From: Gammaproteobacteria bacterium
GTDB taxonomy: Bacteria; Pseudomonadota; Gammaproteobacteria; UBA4575
DNA: 64,000 bases
Assembly: GCA_965222615.1 (NCBI GenBank)
Contig: CBDCUI010000009.1
Span: forward strand, 992,001-1,056,000
Direction of reading: 5' to 3'
Within the stretch, counting starts at the first letter, position 1. Each line of letters opens with the position of its first letter. The translations under genes were made by a program, and so were the position numbers. Below the pieces are notes generated by a model. It did no database searches. It was given only the letters and a program-made list of their open reading frames with translations, and had not been told where the DNA came from. Below, one piece after another: positions 21,226 to 32,183 of this stretch.

Positions 21226-21957
21226 TTATTCATCTTCTAGTTCTTGATAGAGATCATCATCCGTTGAAATTTCACCATCATTGACTAAAAATTCTCGACG
21301 ATCTAAATATGCATCACGAATAAATACATAACGATCCCCTCCGATATCCCCTGCCTTTTCCTCTAGTTGCATTAGTTCGGCACGTATATTCACTAAATTT
21401 AAGGCAAATAATCCATTATATTCTGAACTTTTAATATCGGCCCAACTAGGTGGCCATAAAAACGAATCCACAGCTTTACCAGGACCATCGCGTAAATTAC
21501 TTGGACCAAGAAATGGCAGCATGAGATATGGGCCCGTACCCATCCCCCAATAACCAAGCGTTTGGCCGAAGTCTTCATTATGTTTACGCAAGCCCATGTG
21601 ACTCGCCACATCTATAAAACCTAACAAACCAATCGTGGAGTTAACGAGTATACGACCTATATCAGAAACCGCATCAAGAAATTTAAATTGCAGCGTATTG
21701 TTAAAGGCAACACCGACATCACCAAGATTTGAAAAGAAATTACTGATGCCATCTTCAACAAATTCAGGTGCCACGGCACGATAGCCTGTAGCAGCGGGAA
21801 GCAAAAAAGCGCGATCTATAGCATCATTAAAGCTATATACCCTACGGTTGAAACCCTCCCAAGGGTCACTAGGATCATTGCTTAATTCTTGTGTGCTCGC
21901 ACAACCGCCTGCGAATAAACTAATCAGCATCAGTAACAAATATAAATATCTAGTCAT
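21226..21957 (-). CDS. mlaA: VacJ/MlaA lipoprotein
   Basis: DPWEGFNR, EDFGQTLGYWG, GPYLMLPFLGPS. Confidence 0.95.
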   Translation of the reverse strand: MTRYLYLLLMLISLFAGGCASTQELSNDPSDPWEGFNRRVYSFNDAIDRAFLLPAATGYRAVAPEFVEDGISNFFSNLGDVGVAFNNTLQFKFLDAVSDIGRILVNSTIGLLGFIDVASHMGLRKHNEDFGQTLGYWGMGTGPYLMLPFLGPSNLRDGPGKAVDSFLWPPSWADIKSSEYNGLFALNLVNIRAELMQLEEKAGDIGGDRYVFIRDAYLDRREFLVNDGEISTDDDLYQELEDE

Positions 21958-22003
21958 AATATATGTTCTTGTGGTGAGATTATTTAGCTAGTTGTAATGC
22001 TAT

Positions 22004-23224
22004 TTAGTGGCCATGTCTAGAAGATTTCGCTGCAATTCTCATTCTCAAGGCATTTAATTTAATAAAACCCTCTGCATCTTGTTGATTATAGGCGCCTTCA
22101 TCATCTTCAAAGGTAGCAATGCTAGCGTCAAATAAGCTATGACTTTCAGATTTTCTCCCAGCTATTATCGCACTACCTTTATAGAGCTTGACACGTACAG
22201 TACCCGTAACATTTTCTTGTGTGTTATCGATTAACTTTTGCATCGCTATACGTTCAGGACTCCACCAATAACCATTATAGATAAGCTTAGCGTAACGTGG
22301 CATCAGCTCATCTTTTAAATGTGCTGATTCTCTATCGAGTGTGATCGATTCCATTGCACGATGTGCTTTGAGAAGAATGGTACCTCCGGGTGTTTCATAA
22401 CAACCACGCGACTTCATTCCAACATAGCGATTTTCCACAATATCCTGCCTACCCACACCGTGTTTACCTGCAACGGCATTTAAGTTGCTGAGTAATTCAG
22501 CAGGGCTTAACGTCTCACCATTTAGTCCAATGGCATCTCCCTGGGCAAACTTGATTTCAATATATTCGGCTTGCTCAGGTGCTTGCTCAGGTGACTGGGT
22601 TAACTTCCACATTTCGTCTTCGGGCTCATTCCAAGGTTCCTCCAAGGATCCACCTTCATAAGAAATATGCAGTAAATTTGCATCCATAGAATAAGGTGAT
22701 TGTTTACCGCGTTTTTGTTCAATTGCGATATGGTGTTTTTCTGCATAAGCCAACAATTTTTCACGAGAATTTAAATCCCACTCTCGCCATGGTGCAATAA
22801 TCTTTATGTCTGCATTTAAAGCATAAGCTCCTAATTCGAAACGCACTTGATCATTACCCTTACCCGTTGCCCCATGTGCAACGGCGTCGGCACCCACTTG
22901 TTCGGCAATCTCAACCAAACGTTTGGCGATAAGTGGCCTTGCTATGGAAGTACCCAGCAAATATTCTCCCTCATAAACTGCATTAGCTCGAAACATAGGA
23001 AAGACATAATCGCTTACAAATTCCTCAGTAAGATCTTCGATATAGATTTCCTTTACCCCAAAGGCCTCCGCCTTTGCACGTGCAGGTTCAACCTCTTCAC
23101 CTTGACCAATATCTGCAGTAAAGGTCACTACTTCACAATCATAAGTTTCCTGCAACCATTTCAATATGACCGAGGTATCTAAACCACCCGAATAGGCAAG
23201 TACAACTTTGTTGATTGATGACAT
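22004..23224 (-). CDS. argG: Argininosuccinate synthase
   Basis: [36 protein letters not shown]. Confidence 0.98.
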   Translation of the reverse strand: MSSINKVVLAYSGGLDTSVILKWLQETYDCEVVTFTADIGQGEEVEPARAKAEAFGVKEIYIEDLTEEFVSDYVFPMFRANAVYEGEYLLGTSIARPLIAKRLVEIAEQVGADAVAHGATGKGNDQVRFELGAYALNADIKIIAPWREWDLNSREKLLAYAEKHHIAIEQKRGKQSPYSMDANLLHISYEGGSLEEPWNEPEDEMWKLTQSPEQAPEQAEYIEIKFAQGDAIGLNGETLSPAELLSNLNAVAGKHGVGRQDIVENRYVGMKSRGCYETPGGTILLKAHRAMESITLDRESAHLKDELMPRYAKLIYNGYWWSPERIAMQKLIDNTQENVTGTVRVKLYKGSAIIAGRKSESHSLFDASIATFEDDEGAYNQQDAEGFIKLNALRMRIAAKSSRHGH

Positions 23225-23310
23225 ACTATGACGCTTTGTTAGCAGTTTACTTCTGATTCAATTCCACCGAATTATAGCTTGAAAGATAAAATTTACATGA
23301 CAAATCGTAC

Positions 23311-23937
23311 ATGAATACAGAAATCCAACAAGAATTTATCCCAATTAGTAATCGCTTTCGCGGTTTCTGCCCTATAGTAATAGATGTTGAAACTGGAGGA
23401 TTCAATGCTGAAACGGATGCATTGTTAGAAATTGCCGCAGTTCTGATCAGCTTAAACAAAGATGAAGACTTCTACTGCCATGAAACAATCTCTACACACA
23501 TAAAACCATTTGAAGGCTCAAATCTTGAACCCGCCTCATTGGAAATAAATGGAATTGACCCTTTTCATCCCTTGCGCATCGCATTACCAGAGAAAGAAGG
23601 CTTGCAAAAAATCTTTACCCCTATTCGCGAACACGTAAAGCTGAATAAATGTAACCGCGCAATACTTGTTGGTCACAATGCTTTTTTTGATCTAAAATTC
23701 CTCAATGCCGCGGTTGAACGCGCAGGGATAAAAAACAATCCTTTTCACCCATTTAGTAATTTTGACACGGTGACATTAGGCGGACTTGCTTACGGGCAAA
23801 CCGTTTTATCTAGAATAGTAGAAGCCGCGAATCTTGAGTGGGAAAGCAATAATGCACATTCAGCCGTCTATGATGCGGAAAAAACTGCAGCAGTATTTTG
23901 CGAGGTTATGAATAAATGGAAACAACTACAAGCCTAA
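23311..23937 (+). CDS. rnt: Ribonuclease T
   Basis: RFRGF.P.VIDVETGGF, NPFHPFS, AHSAVYDAEKTA. Confidence 0.96.
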   Translation: MNTEIQQEFIPISNRFRGFCPIVIDVETGGFNAETDALLEIAAVLISLNKDEDFYCHETISTHIKPFEGSNLEPASLEINGIDPFHPLRIALPEKEGLQKIFTPIREHVKLNKCNRAILVGHNAFFDLKFLNAAVERAGIKNNPFHPFSNFDTVTLGGLAYGQTVLSRIVEAANLEWESNNAHSAVYDAEKTAAVFCEVMNKWKQLQA

Positions 23938-23944
23938 ACACTTA

Positions 23945-23980
23945 GGAAGCCCTGATTTATTCCGATATTCAGAGCTTTCC
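23945..23980. repeat. Internally deleted MITE-like copy (two IRs, almost no core)
   Basis: GGAAGCCCTGATTTAT-TCCG-ATATTCAGAGCTTTCC, same IRs as the 28580 element; between convergent rnt and grxD. Confidence 0.65.
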
Positions 23981-24303
23981 TAACTTTTAGAACTTGCGGC
24001 TTCTTCAACCATTTTCTGCAATTCACCTTTTTCATGTAATTCCAAGGCAATATCGCAGCCGCCGACTAGTTCGCCATTAATATAAAGCTGAGGAAAGGTT
24101 GGCCAATCTGCAAAACGCGGTAGATTCTCGAAAATCTCTGGGTCCATCAAAACATTTACATAGGCAAACTCTTGTCCACAAGATTTTAATGCTTCTGCTG
24201 CACGACTAGAAAAACCACACTGTGGCATCTGTGGTGTACCCTTCATGAAAATGATTACCGGGTTGGATTCCACCTGTTCTTTTATTCGATCCATTACATC
24301 CAT
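23980..24303 (-). CDS. grxD: Monothiol glutaredoxin Grx4
   Basis: MKGTP..PQCGFS, WPTFPQLY, GGCDI. Confidence 0.96.
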   Translation of the reverse strand: MDVMDRIKEQVESNPVIIFMKGTPQMPQCGFSSRAAEALKSCGQEFAYVNVLMDPEIFENLPRFADWPTFPQLYINGELVGGCDIALELHEKGELQKMVEEAASSKS

Positions 24304-24374
24304 ATTAAAACTCCTGACTATAACTTTAATTCGTAGGTTCTAACTTTATTCAGATATATTTTACTGCGCCCAAA

Positions 24375-26162
24375 TCATGTGACAAGACATCTATCCACAT
24401 TGCGCTGCAACCATAACTCCAACAAGGCTAAATGCCATAACTTACTACCACGCAATGGGGTTAGATTATTTTCCGGTTGTTGCAATAATTTCTCTATATA
24501 GGAGCGCTGAAACAATCCACGCTGTAAACAACTATCAGAAAATAAAATTGTTTGCATGAATTCTAGAAATTCACCTCTGACATATTTCAATGCAGGCACA
24601 GGAAAATAACCTTTTTTACGGTCAATGACTTTATCAGGCAGCAAACCTCTGGAAATTTGTTTGAGTAGATACTTGCCGCCATTTGTAAGCTTATATTTTG
24701 CAGGCATTCGTGCAGCTAGTTCAACAAGCTCATGATCCAAAAACGGCACACGCGCCTCCAGTCCATATGCCATGGTCATGTTATCTACACGCTTAACCGG
24801 GTCATCCACAATTAAAGTTGTGACATCCATATGTAGTACCGCATTAATAAAATCATCTGTGCCTGCCTCATGAAGCAATTCAGTAACTTTATTAGAAGTG
24901 TAATCTTCACGAACGAATTCTTTACTTAATGTTTGACACATTTCAGAATGACTACGGTCAAAATAATATTTTGCAAAATTGTCGACAGAAAGTCTTTCCT
25001 CTCTTTGCATTAGCGGGTACCAAAAATAACCACCAAACACTTCATCGGCCCCTTGTCCAGATTGCACAACAGAAATGTGTTGGCTCACCTGCTCGGCTAA
25101 TAAGTAGAAAGCAATGGCATCTTGACCAACCATCGGTTCTGCCATGTGCTCAACTGCTTCAGGTAGGCGATCTAGAACTTCGGCATTGTTTATATGAAAT
25201 TTATGATGATCCGTTGCAAAACGCTCCACTACTGCATCAGAGTATTCAAATTCATGACCACGTTCTTCAGGTTGATCTTCAAAACCTACCGAATAGGTTT
25301 TTATATTTTGCACCCCCGCATTAGCTAACAACCCAACCAATAAACTTGAATCCAAGCCCCCAGACAATAAAACCCCTACAGGCACATCTGCTATATGCAG
25401 TCTTCTTTCAATTGCTAACGTTAGTGCAGCTTGAACGTCATGCTGCCATTCTGCTTCACTTTTACTATTATCAATTTGATTCGCACGCAACTGCCAATAT
25501 CGATTGGCAAAATTTTCCCCCTTGGAATTAATTAACATAGTATGCGCTGGCGAAAGCTTGCTCAATCCTTGCAAAATGGTTGTCGGAGCCGGAACTACAG
25601 CATGCAGAGTAAGATGATGGTGCAAACCCCGTATATCAAATTCCGTATTTAGATCACCTGCTGCTAATAGTGCTTGGCTATTCGAAGCAAAACGAAAAAA
25701 ATTTTCTGTTTGTGTGTAATAAAGAGGCTTGATGCCTAATCGATCTCGCGCGAGGAATAGCTCTTGTTTGGTTTCATCCCAAATCGCAAAAGCAAACATG
25801 CCAGTTAATCTCTCAACACAGGCTTGTCCCCACTGCGCATAGGCTTTAAGAATGACTTCAGTATCTCCAGTTGAGGTAAAGCTATGCCCTAGCTGCACTA
25901 GCTGTTTATGTAAATTTGGATAATTGTAAATAGTGCCATTAAAGACAATGCTCAGCTTAGAATTCGCATCGCGCATAGGTTGATTGGCATTAGCTGTGAG
26001 GTCGATGATCGATAATCGACGATGCCCTAAACCAATTGGACCATGATAAAAACTCCCTTCGTGATTTGGGCCACGACGCTGAAGGGGCACAAGCATACGA
26101 TTGATCGTTTCTTTACTTGAAACATTTCCATCAAAACGTAGCTCCCCACAAATCCCACACAT
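24375..26162 (-). CDS. Asparagine synthase-family amidotransferase (N-acetylglutaminylglutamine amidotransferase-like)
   Basis: MCGICG Ntn start, LLSGGLDSS, SGQGADEVFGGY, DDPVKRVDNMTMA. Confidence 0.88.
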   Translation of the reverse strand: MCGICGELRFDGNVSSKETINRMLVPLQRRGPNHEGSFYHGPIGLGHRRLSIIDLTANANQPMRDANSKLSIVFNGTIYNYPNLHKQLVQLGHSFTSTGDTEVILKAYAQWGQACVERLTGMFAFAIWDETKQELFLARDRLGIKPLYYTQTENFFRFASNSQALLAAGDLNTEFDIRGLHHHLTLHAVVPAPTTILQGLSKLSPAHTMLINSKGENFANRYWQLRANQIDNSKSEAEWQHDVQAALTLAIERRLHIADVPVGVLLSGGLDSSLLVGLLANAGVQNIKTYSVGFEDQPEERGHEFEYSDAVVERFATDHHKFHINNAEVLDRLPEAVEHMAEPMVGQDAIAFYLLAEQVSQHISVVQSGQGADEVFGGYFWYPLMQREERLSVDNFAKYYFDRSHSEMCQTLSKEFVREDYTSNKVTELLHEAGTDDFINAVLHMDVTTLIVDDPVKRVDNMTMAYGLEARVPFLDHELVELAARMPAKYKLTNGGKYLLKQISRGLLPDKVIDRKKGYFPVPALKYVRGEFLEFMQTILFSDSCLQRGLFQRSYIEKLLQQPENNLTPLRGSKLWHLALLELWLQRNVDRCLVT

Positions 26163-26257
26163 TGGTATTAATTGACCCTTGTTATATTAAAGATATTTAG
26201 AAAAACCGAGTTTTACTTTTTCTTTATAAGGCTTTGCACACGAAGTTAATGCAGCAA

Positions 26258-27814
26258 TCATGAAAAAAGTACATTTTTAATAGTAACTTCACCCCAACCA
26301 CCGCCGCCAGGAGTTTCTATCCGTAAAACATCTCCTCGAACGGCATTACCTTGTACTTTTGCTGGCAACAGTTGTTTATTTAGATAATTTGCCCCTACTT
26401 TACCATCTTTACCACTAGCCATTCCCCATGGTGCGCGTTGTCTTCTCTCAGATAAAACTGTGAATGTAGTGTCATTTAAGAATTCAAATTCGCGAATTAA
26501 TCCGTTACCGCCCTGATGTAGTCCTGTGCCACCAGATTCTTTTCGAATTTCATAACGTTTAATTCTTATTGGGTAATTAATTTCCAATACTTCTACAGGT
26601 GTGTTTTGTGTATTGGTCATATGTGATTGCACTGCAGATAATCCTGACGAGACTTTAGACGCACCTACACCCCCAGCAATGGTTTCATAGTATGCCCAAG
26701 CCCTGTTTGAAGAACTACCTAAGGCAATGTTATTCATCGTACCTTGACTGCAAGCCGGAATATCATCAGGAAGTGCCTGACTTAACGCACCCAATACTAC
26801 ATCTACGATACGTGAACTAGTTTCGACATTCCCCGCGGCTACTGCAGCAGGCTGTTTTGCATTTAACAAGCAACCCCTAGGTACTTTAAGTTCAATAGGA
26901 TTGAAACTACCGGCACAAGCTGGCGCTTCATTGGGCATTAAACAACGAAATACATAAAACACCGCAGCAGCAGTTACAGACATCGGGCAATTTATATTGC
27001 CAGCAACTTGTGAGGCAGTATTTGTAAAGTCGACAAATACGGATTCATCTTTTACTGTGATTGAAACATGTATTGGTAAATCAATATTCCCCTGCCCATC
27101 ATCATCCATGTAATCAACAAATGAATAATTGCCATTTGGAATTCTTGCAATAACAGAACGTGCAATGCGTTCACCATATTGATTGAGTTCATCTAGAGAT
27201 CGCTTAAAAACTTCAGGAGACAAAAGTGCAATTAATTCTTTTATACGTTTTACCCCAAGTTTGTTTGCACTGCTCTGTGCCGCCATATCACCTAATGTGT
27301 CACGCGAATTTCGTGCATGCTCAAATAGGTTAATAATTTTCTGTTGATCGATTACATGATTTCTACCGATATGCATCGGAGGAATCACGACTCCTTCTTG
27401 TTTCAGTTCCGTTGAAATTGGCATCGAGCCGGGTGTATCGGCACCAATATCGGCATGGTGCGCACGATTGGCAACAAAAGCTTGTAACTCATTATTCATA
27501 AAGACTGGGCTGATTACGGTCACATCAGGTAAATGTGTACCCCCGAGATAGGGATCATTTAATGCAACCATGTCCCCTTCAGACCAAGAGATTGCCACAA
27601 CAATTTGCTGCATCGCGAAGGCCATGCTGCCTAAATGCACGGGGATATGAGCGGCTTGGGCACATAATTCTCCTTGTGTATTAAACACCGCACATGAAAA
27701 ATCGAGTCGATCTCGAATATTTGGAGAAAAAGCGGCCTGTTGTAATTGAGCGCCCATTTCCTCACAAACAGCATCTATTTTACGCGCGAATATGCTCAAT
27801 TCTATTGGATTCAT
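26258..27814 (-). CDS. Hydantoinase B/oxoprolinase family protein
   Basis: SPNIRDRLDFSCA, HIPVHLGSM, NDPYLGGTHLPD, TPGGGGWG; ATG 27814 preferred. Confidence 0.92.
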   Translation of the reverse strand: MNPIELSIFARKIDAVCEEMGAQLQQAAFSPNIRDRLDFSCAVFNTQGELCAQAAHIPVHLGSMAFAMQQIVVAISWSEGDMVALNDPYLGGTHLPDVTVISPVFMNNELQAFVANRAHHADIGADTPGSMPISTELKQEGVVIPPMHIGRNHVIDQQKIINLFEHARNSRDTLGDMAAQSSANKLGVKRIKELIALLSPEVFKRSLDELNQYGERIARSVIARIPNGNYSFVDYMDDDGQGNIDLPIHVSITVKDESVFVDFTNTASQVAGNINCPMSVTAAAVFYVFRCLMPNEAPACAGSFNPIELKVPRGCLLNAKQPAAVAAGNVETSSRIVDVVLGALSQALPDDIPACSQGTMNNIALGSSSNRAWAYYETIAGGVGASKVSSGLSAVQSHMTNTQNTPVEVLEINYPIRIKRYEIRKESGGTGLHQGGNGLIREFEFLNDTTFTVLSERRQRAPWGMASGKDGKVGANYLNKQLLPAKVQGNAVRGDVLRIETPGGGGWGEVTIKNVLFS

Positions 27815-27929
27815 GCACTTACAATTATTATTTAATTTTATTAAACAGGTTCGTATAATTGACCTCACTAGAATAAGCCATATCGGCGAAATAAATAATA
27901 ATTAATATATTTTCCAAGAGGACTACCTG

Positions 27930-28514
27930 ATGAATCCACTAAACTCCATTATCGGCACAATAATTTTGGGCGCGATTCTCGCAATTTTAATTGCGCTAGG
28001 CTTCAGCCCGAATGATGCAATTAATTCTTGGTCATTAATAGTATGGCTACATGTCTTAGCAGGGATCGTTTGGATTGGCCTGCTCTACTACTTTAATTTT
28101 GTACAAGTCCCTGCTCTCGGTGAAGCTACCGCAGACAGTAATGGGCCCGGCCCAGCTGCAATTGGTAAATACGTAGCACCACGTGCATTGGCATGGTTCC
28201 GCTGGGGTGCATTGGCTACCTGGTTAACCGGTGCCGGTGCTTTAGAGTACGTAGGTGGATTCATGAGACATTTTTTTGCAACCGAAGGTATCACCGTAAT
28301 TGGTATTGGTGCCTGGCTTGGAACCATCATGTTGTTAAATGTGTGGGGCTTAATCTGGCCAAACCAAAAGAAAGTACTTGGTATTAAACCTGCCAGTGAT
28401 GATGAAAAGGCCAAGGCCAAGAAAATTGCCGGCATGGCTTCACGAACCAATACCTTGTTATCGATCCCAATGATCATGTGTATGGTTGGCCACGCCCATG
28501 GCTTACCGTTTTAA
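27930..28514 (+). CDS. PuuD-like (urate hydroxylase N-terminal) membrane protein
   Basis: WLHVLAGIVWIGLLYYFNFVQ, WFRWGA, IWPNQKK, SRTNTLLSIPM. Confidence 0.8.
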   Translation: MNPLNSIIGTIILGAILAILIALGFSPNDAINSWSLIVWLHVLAGIVWIGLLYYFNFVQVPALGEATADSNGPGPAAIGKYVAPRALAWFRWGALATWLTGAGALEYVGGFMRHFFATEGITVIGIGAWLGTIMLLNVWGLIWPNQKKVLGIKPASDDEKAKAKKIAGMASRTNTLLSIPMIMCMVGHAHGLPF

Positions 28515-28579
28515 TGATATGCAATAGCAAGAAATAAGAAACATCGCTTGAACATGTAGTCCCTTACTTTTTTACTTAG

Positions 28580-28724
28580 GGAAGCTCTGATTTATTAATG
28601 AAATGGCTGAGATGAGGCAAAAAGATTTTGAGAAAACGGAGTGTATATAGGAATACATGAGTATTTCGAAAAATCTTTTTAACGCCATAATCATTCAACT
28701 AGGGCAGGATAAATCAGAGTTCCC
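28580..28724. mobile_element. 145-bp MITE-like palindromic element with TTAG target duplication
   Basis: IRs GGAAGCTCTGATTTAT / ATAAATCAGAGTTCCC; TTAG at 28576-28579 and 28725-28728; internal nested stems. Confidence 0.75.
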
Positions 28725-28753
28725 TTAGTTTATAAGTCGCATTATAATCAAGT

Positions 28754-28784
28754 AACGGTGGCCTAACGCCACCGTTTTTGTTTT
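28754..28784 (+). terminator. Rho-independent terminator-like hairpin upstream of argD
   Basis: AACGGTGGC-CTAAC-GCCACCGTT followed by a T-rich tract. Confidence 0.6.
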
Positions 28785-28819
28785 CAGCTATACATAATTT
28801 AAGCTCAGAAATATAAGTT

Positions 28820-30028
28820 GTGGAAAATCAAAGTAAATCATTAATGAACACCTATGCCCGCAAACCAATTACCTTTACGCGAGGAGAAGGTGTATGGCTA
28901 TATACCGATACCGAGGCAGATGAAAGATACTTAGATGCACTCTCTGGTATTGCAGTATGTGGCTTAGGACACGCACATCCTGCGGTAGCGGAAGCGATAT
29001 CCAAGCAAGCTACAAAACTGTTACATACTTCTAATATTTATAATATCGCGCTGCAAGAAAAATTAGGGGCTAAACTGTGTCAACTTGCCAATATGGATGC
29101 TGCGTTCTTTTGCAATTCCGGTGCAGAAGCAAACGAAGCCACCATAAAACTCGCCAAGCTATATGGTCATCACAAAAATATAAAAACTCCTTTCATCATC
29201 GTCATGGAAAATAGTTTTCATGGGCGCACCATGGCAACTCTTACAGCAACAGGAAATCGAAAGGCTCATGCCGGATTTGAGCCTTTAGTACCTGGATTTA
29301 TTCGCGTTCCCTATGATGATGTTGAAGCGGTTAGTACTATACTTAACGACAATTCAAATGTCGTTGCAATTTTATTAGAACCCATCCAAGGTGAAGGTGG
29401 AATTAATATTCCTAGTTCTAATTACTTATCGAATATAAAGAAACTTTGTGAACAACATAAAGTTTTAATGATGTTAGACGAAGTGCAAACAGGCAACGGC
29501 CGTACTGGTAAATGGTTTTGTCATCAACATGAAAATGTACAACCGGATGTAATTGCGATTGCTAAAGGTTTGGGGAATGGAGTACCTATTGGTGCATGCT
29601 TAGCAAAAGATCATGTAGCAAAACTTTTTGCACCAGGATCACATGGTTCCACGTTTGGAGGTAATCACCTTGCTTGCAGTGCGAGTTTGGCTACGATTGA
29701 AACTATAGAATCAGAAAACCTATGTGAAAATGCCGCTAAACTTGGTCAATATATGTTAGATAAATTCCGTGCAACATTAGCTTCTTGTGAATATATAAAA
29801 GATATTCGCGGAAAAGGTTTGATGATAGGCATCGAATTGAATACTCCATGCGCTCAACTTGTAGATATCTGCCTAAAACATAAACTATTAATTAATGTGA
29901 CGGCAGAAAATGTAATTCGCTTGCTGCCACCATTAATAATTGAACAAGCCCATGCGGATACAATTGTCGAAATTGTGGTAGCGTGCATAAACGAATTCAC
30001 ACAAACGCTGCAGAATAAGCAGCTTTGA
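28820..30028 (+). CDS. argD: Acetylornithine aminotransferase
   Basis: [29 protein letters not shown]; precedes argF. Confidence 0.93.
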   Translation: MENQSKSLMNTYARKPITFTRGEGVWLYTDTEADERYLDALSGIAVCGLGHAHPAVAEAISKQATKLLHTSNIYNIALQEKLGAKLCQLANMDAAFFCNSGAEANEATIKLAKLYGHHKNIKTPFIIVMENSFHGRTMATLTATGNRKAHAGFEPLVPGFIRVPYDDVEAVSTILNDNSNVVAILLEPIQGEGGINIPSSNYLSNIKKLCEQHKVLMMLDEVQTGNGRTGKWFCHQHENVQPDVIAIAKGLGNGVPIGACLAKDHVAKLFAPGSHGSTFGGNHLACSASLATIETIESENLCENAAKLGQYMLDKFRATLASCEYIKDIRGKGLMIGIELNTPCAQLVDICLKHKLLINVTAENVIRLLPPLIIEQAHADTIVEIVVACINEFTQTLQNKQL

Positions 30029-30029
30029 A

Positions 30030-30935
30030 TTGATGAGTACACGTCATTTTTTAACTTTACTCGATTTCTCCCCTGAAGAGCTCAGAGTACTGCTAGCACG
30101 TGCTATTGAGCTTAAAAAGCTTCAACGTCAGGGCAATAATCATACCCCGCTAAAGAACAAGACACTTGCAATGATATTTGATAAATCTTCTACACGTACC
30201 CGAGTATCGTTTGAAGCAGGAATGATTCAATTAGGGGGCCAAGCATTATTTCTTTCGCCACGTGACACACAATTCGGTCGTGGCGAACCCATAAAAGACA
30301 GTGCCCGTGTCTTATCGCGAATGGTCGATGCGATAATGATCAGGACATTTGATCATGCCAGTGTAGAAACCTTTGCGGCACATTCTTCCGTACCAGTAAT
30401 AAATGGTTTAACCGACCTCTATCATCCATGCCAGTTATTAGCTGATATGCAAACTTTTATAGAGCACCGTGGTGACATCAAAGGTGCAACCGTAGCTTGG
30501 ATTGGTGACGGAAACAATATGTGTCATTCCTATATCAATGCTGCAAGACAATTTGAATTTAAGCTGAATATCGCCTGCCCAAAGCAATACTGCCCTGATG
30601 CCGATATCATGAAATCTGCTGGTGATATCGTATGCATGACTACTGAACCTAACACCGCGGTAAAAGATGCAGACTTAGTGGTAACAGATGTATGGGCCAG
30701 CATGGGGCAAGAACAAGAACAAAACGAAAGACAAAAAGTCTTTAACCGCTATCAAGTCAACCAATCTCTACTTAATCAAGCTAGCAAAGATACTCTATTT
30801 ATGCACTGCCTACCTGCACATCGTGGCGAAGAAGTGACTGAAGATGTGCTAGATGGTGCACACAGCGTTGTCTGGGATGAAGCAGAAAATCGGCTACATG
30901 CACAAAAAGCACTTTTAGAAAATTTAATCGGTTAA
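30030..30935 (+). CDS. argF: Ornithine carbamoyltransferase
   Basis: [27 protein letters not shown]. Confidence 0.97.
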   Translation: MMSTRHFLTLLDFSPEELRVLLARAIELKKLQRQGNNHTPLKNKTLAMIFDKSSTRTRVSFEAGMIQLGGQALFLSPRDTQFGRGEPIKDSARVLSRMVDAIMIRTFDHASVETFAAHSSVPVINGLTDLYHPCQLLADMQTFIEHRGDIKGATVAWIGDGNNMCHSYINAARQFEFKLNIACPKQYCPDADIMKSAGDIVCMTTEPNTAVKDADLVVTDVWASMGQEQEQNERQKVFNRYQVNQSLLNQASKDTLFMHCLPAHRGEEVTEDVLDGAHSVVWDEAENRLHAQKALLENLIG

Positions 30936-31010
30936 CTTTGCTAATCCATAACTCTTGAAATTAATTATTGCTGCAATGCTTTCTTGCAGTATGAATTAGC
31001 TCAATAAAAA

Positions 31011-32144
31011 TTATTCAGTAATTATCTTGGTGTTTGGATAAAAAGCTAGCCAGGCAAATGCAAAATGTACGTCACTATCTACCTTTTCTAACTTTGTGCC
31101 TTTTAATTCTCCTTCTAAGGCTTTGCCAAAAATATTCCATACTGAATTCGTTTCTTCATCGACGATTTGATTGTTGACCAGCTTAAAACTCAATTCTTGA
31201 TTAGCCACTCTTCGATCATATGCTGCTGCAGTTAGCATTGAGTTGGACTCTTTAATAACTTTTTTATCCATTGTAGAAACCATGCTTGCCTGGCTTATTA
31301 CAAGAATTTTTTGATCTGCAAAAGTTGAATTAATAAGAGGATGATTTTCTAAGTATGAAAAGGGATAGATTGTAGAGACCATATTCTTTTTTAATGCTAA
31401 TACTCGTTCTAAAGGGGGTAAGCGAAAATCAATTTCGCGCTTAAATAAAAAAGGGATGCCCCCTACATTATCATAGCCTGGGTAAGGCGTTTTGCCGTAA
31501 TAACGTCTAAAACCGGTAGCCTGTGACAATACCAAACCATTTGGGTAACTCGTACTGTAATCTGCAAAAGAAGCAATTTGACTGTTTAGATGTTGCAATG
31601 ATGTGCCAGCAAATTCTCCCACAATGGCATCGCCAGTAAATTGCTGCCACCAAGACTCGGTCTGGCAATCGTACATAATCAAATTACTATCTCGCACTCG
31701 CCCTGTCGTACCAAAATCCAGCACTTCATTGTTCACTTTTCTACTAAAGACAATCGCGGTATTACACAATGGACAATGTGTTACGAACACAGGTTGTTCG
31801 TCGATTTCATCATTTACAATTTCATGATAAAGCAAAATCCGTAATGGATAGGCCTTTGCATACTTTCCAATAGTTAATACAACTACTGGTTCACGTGGAT
31901 CTAAAAATTTTCGCGCTTGCGCAATGGATATAAATGCGGGCTTGTCAATTGGTTTGATACCATCTCGTGGCGGACCACCGGAATAAATCTCAGATGGTGA
32001 TACGGTGTATTTAGTAAAGTCGGTTTTAGGAAACTCTTCCTTAGAAAACAATTCTGCTGCCTGAGCTGACAAACCCCACGTACTGATTGCTGAAACTATT
32101 AACAGCTTAGATATAATCACTTGCAGCATAGTAAATTTGTGCAT
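31011..32144 (-). CDS. DUF3179 domain protein (exported)
   Basis: GGPPRDGI, AYP....HEIVND, CPLC, SNLIMYD..TESWWQQ, FAWLAFYP. Confidence 0.85.
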   Translation of the reverse strand: MHKFTMLQVIISKLLIVSAISTWGLSAQAAELFSKEEFPKTDFTKYTVSPSEIYSGGPPRDGIKPIDKPAFISIAQARKFLDPREPVVVLTIGKYAKAYPLRILLYHEIVNDEIDEQPVFVTHCPLCNTAIVFSRKVNNEVLDFGTTGRVRDSNLIMYDCQTESWWQQFTGDAIVGEFAGTSLQHLNSQIASFADYSTSYPNGLVLSQATGFRRYYGKTPYPGYDNVGGIPFLFKREIDFRLPPLERVLALKKNMVSTIYPFSYLENHPLINSTFADQKILVISQASMVSTMDKKVIKESNSMLTAAAYDRRVANQELSFKLVNNQIVDEETNSVWNIFGKALEGELKGTKLEKVDSDVHFAFAWLAFYPNTKIITE

Positions 32145-32183
32145 GTGATAAAGACCTGTTTTTACTATCTGAGATTACAGTGA

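Noticed and set aside
31011-32144. Selenoprotein recoding in DUF3179
   Set aside because: The CPLC motif uses normal Cys codons and there is no in-frame TGA.
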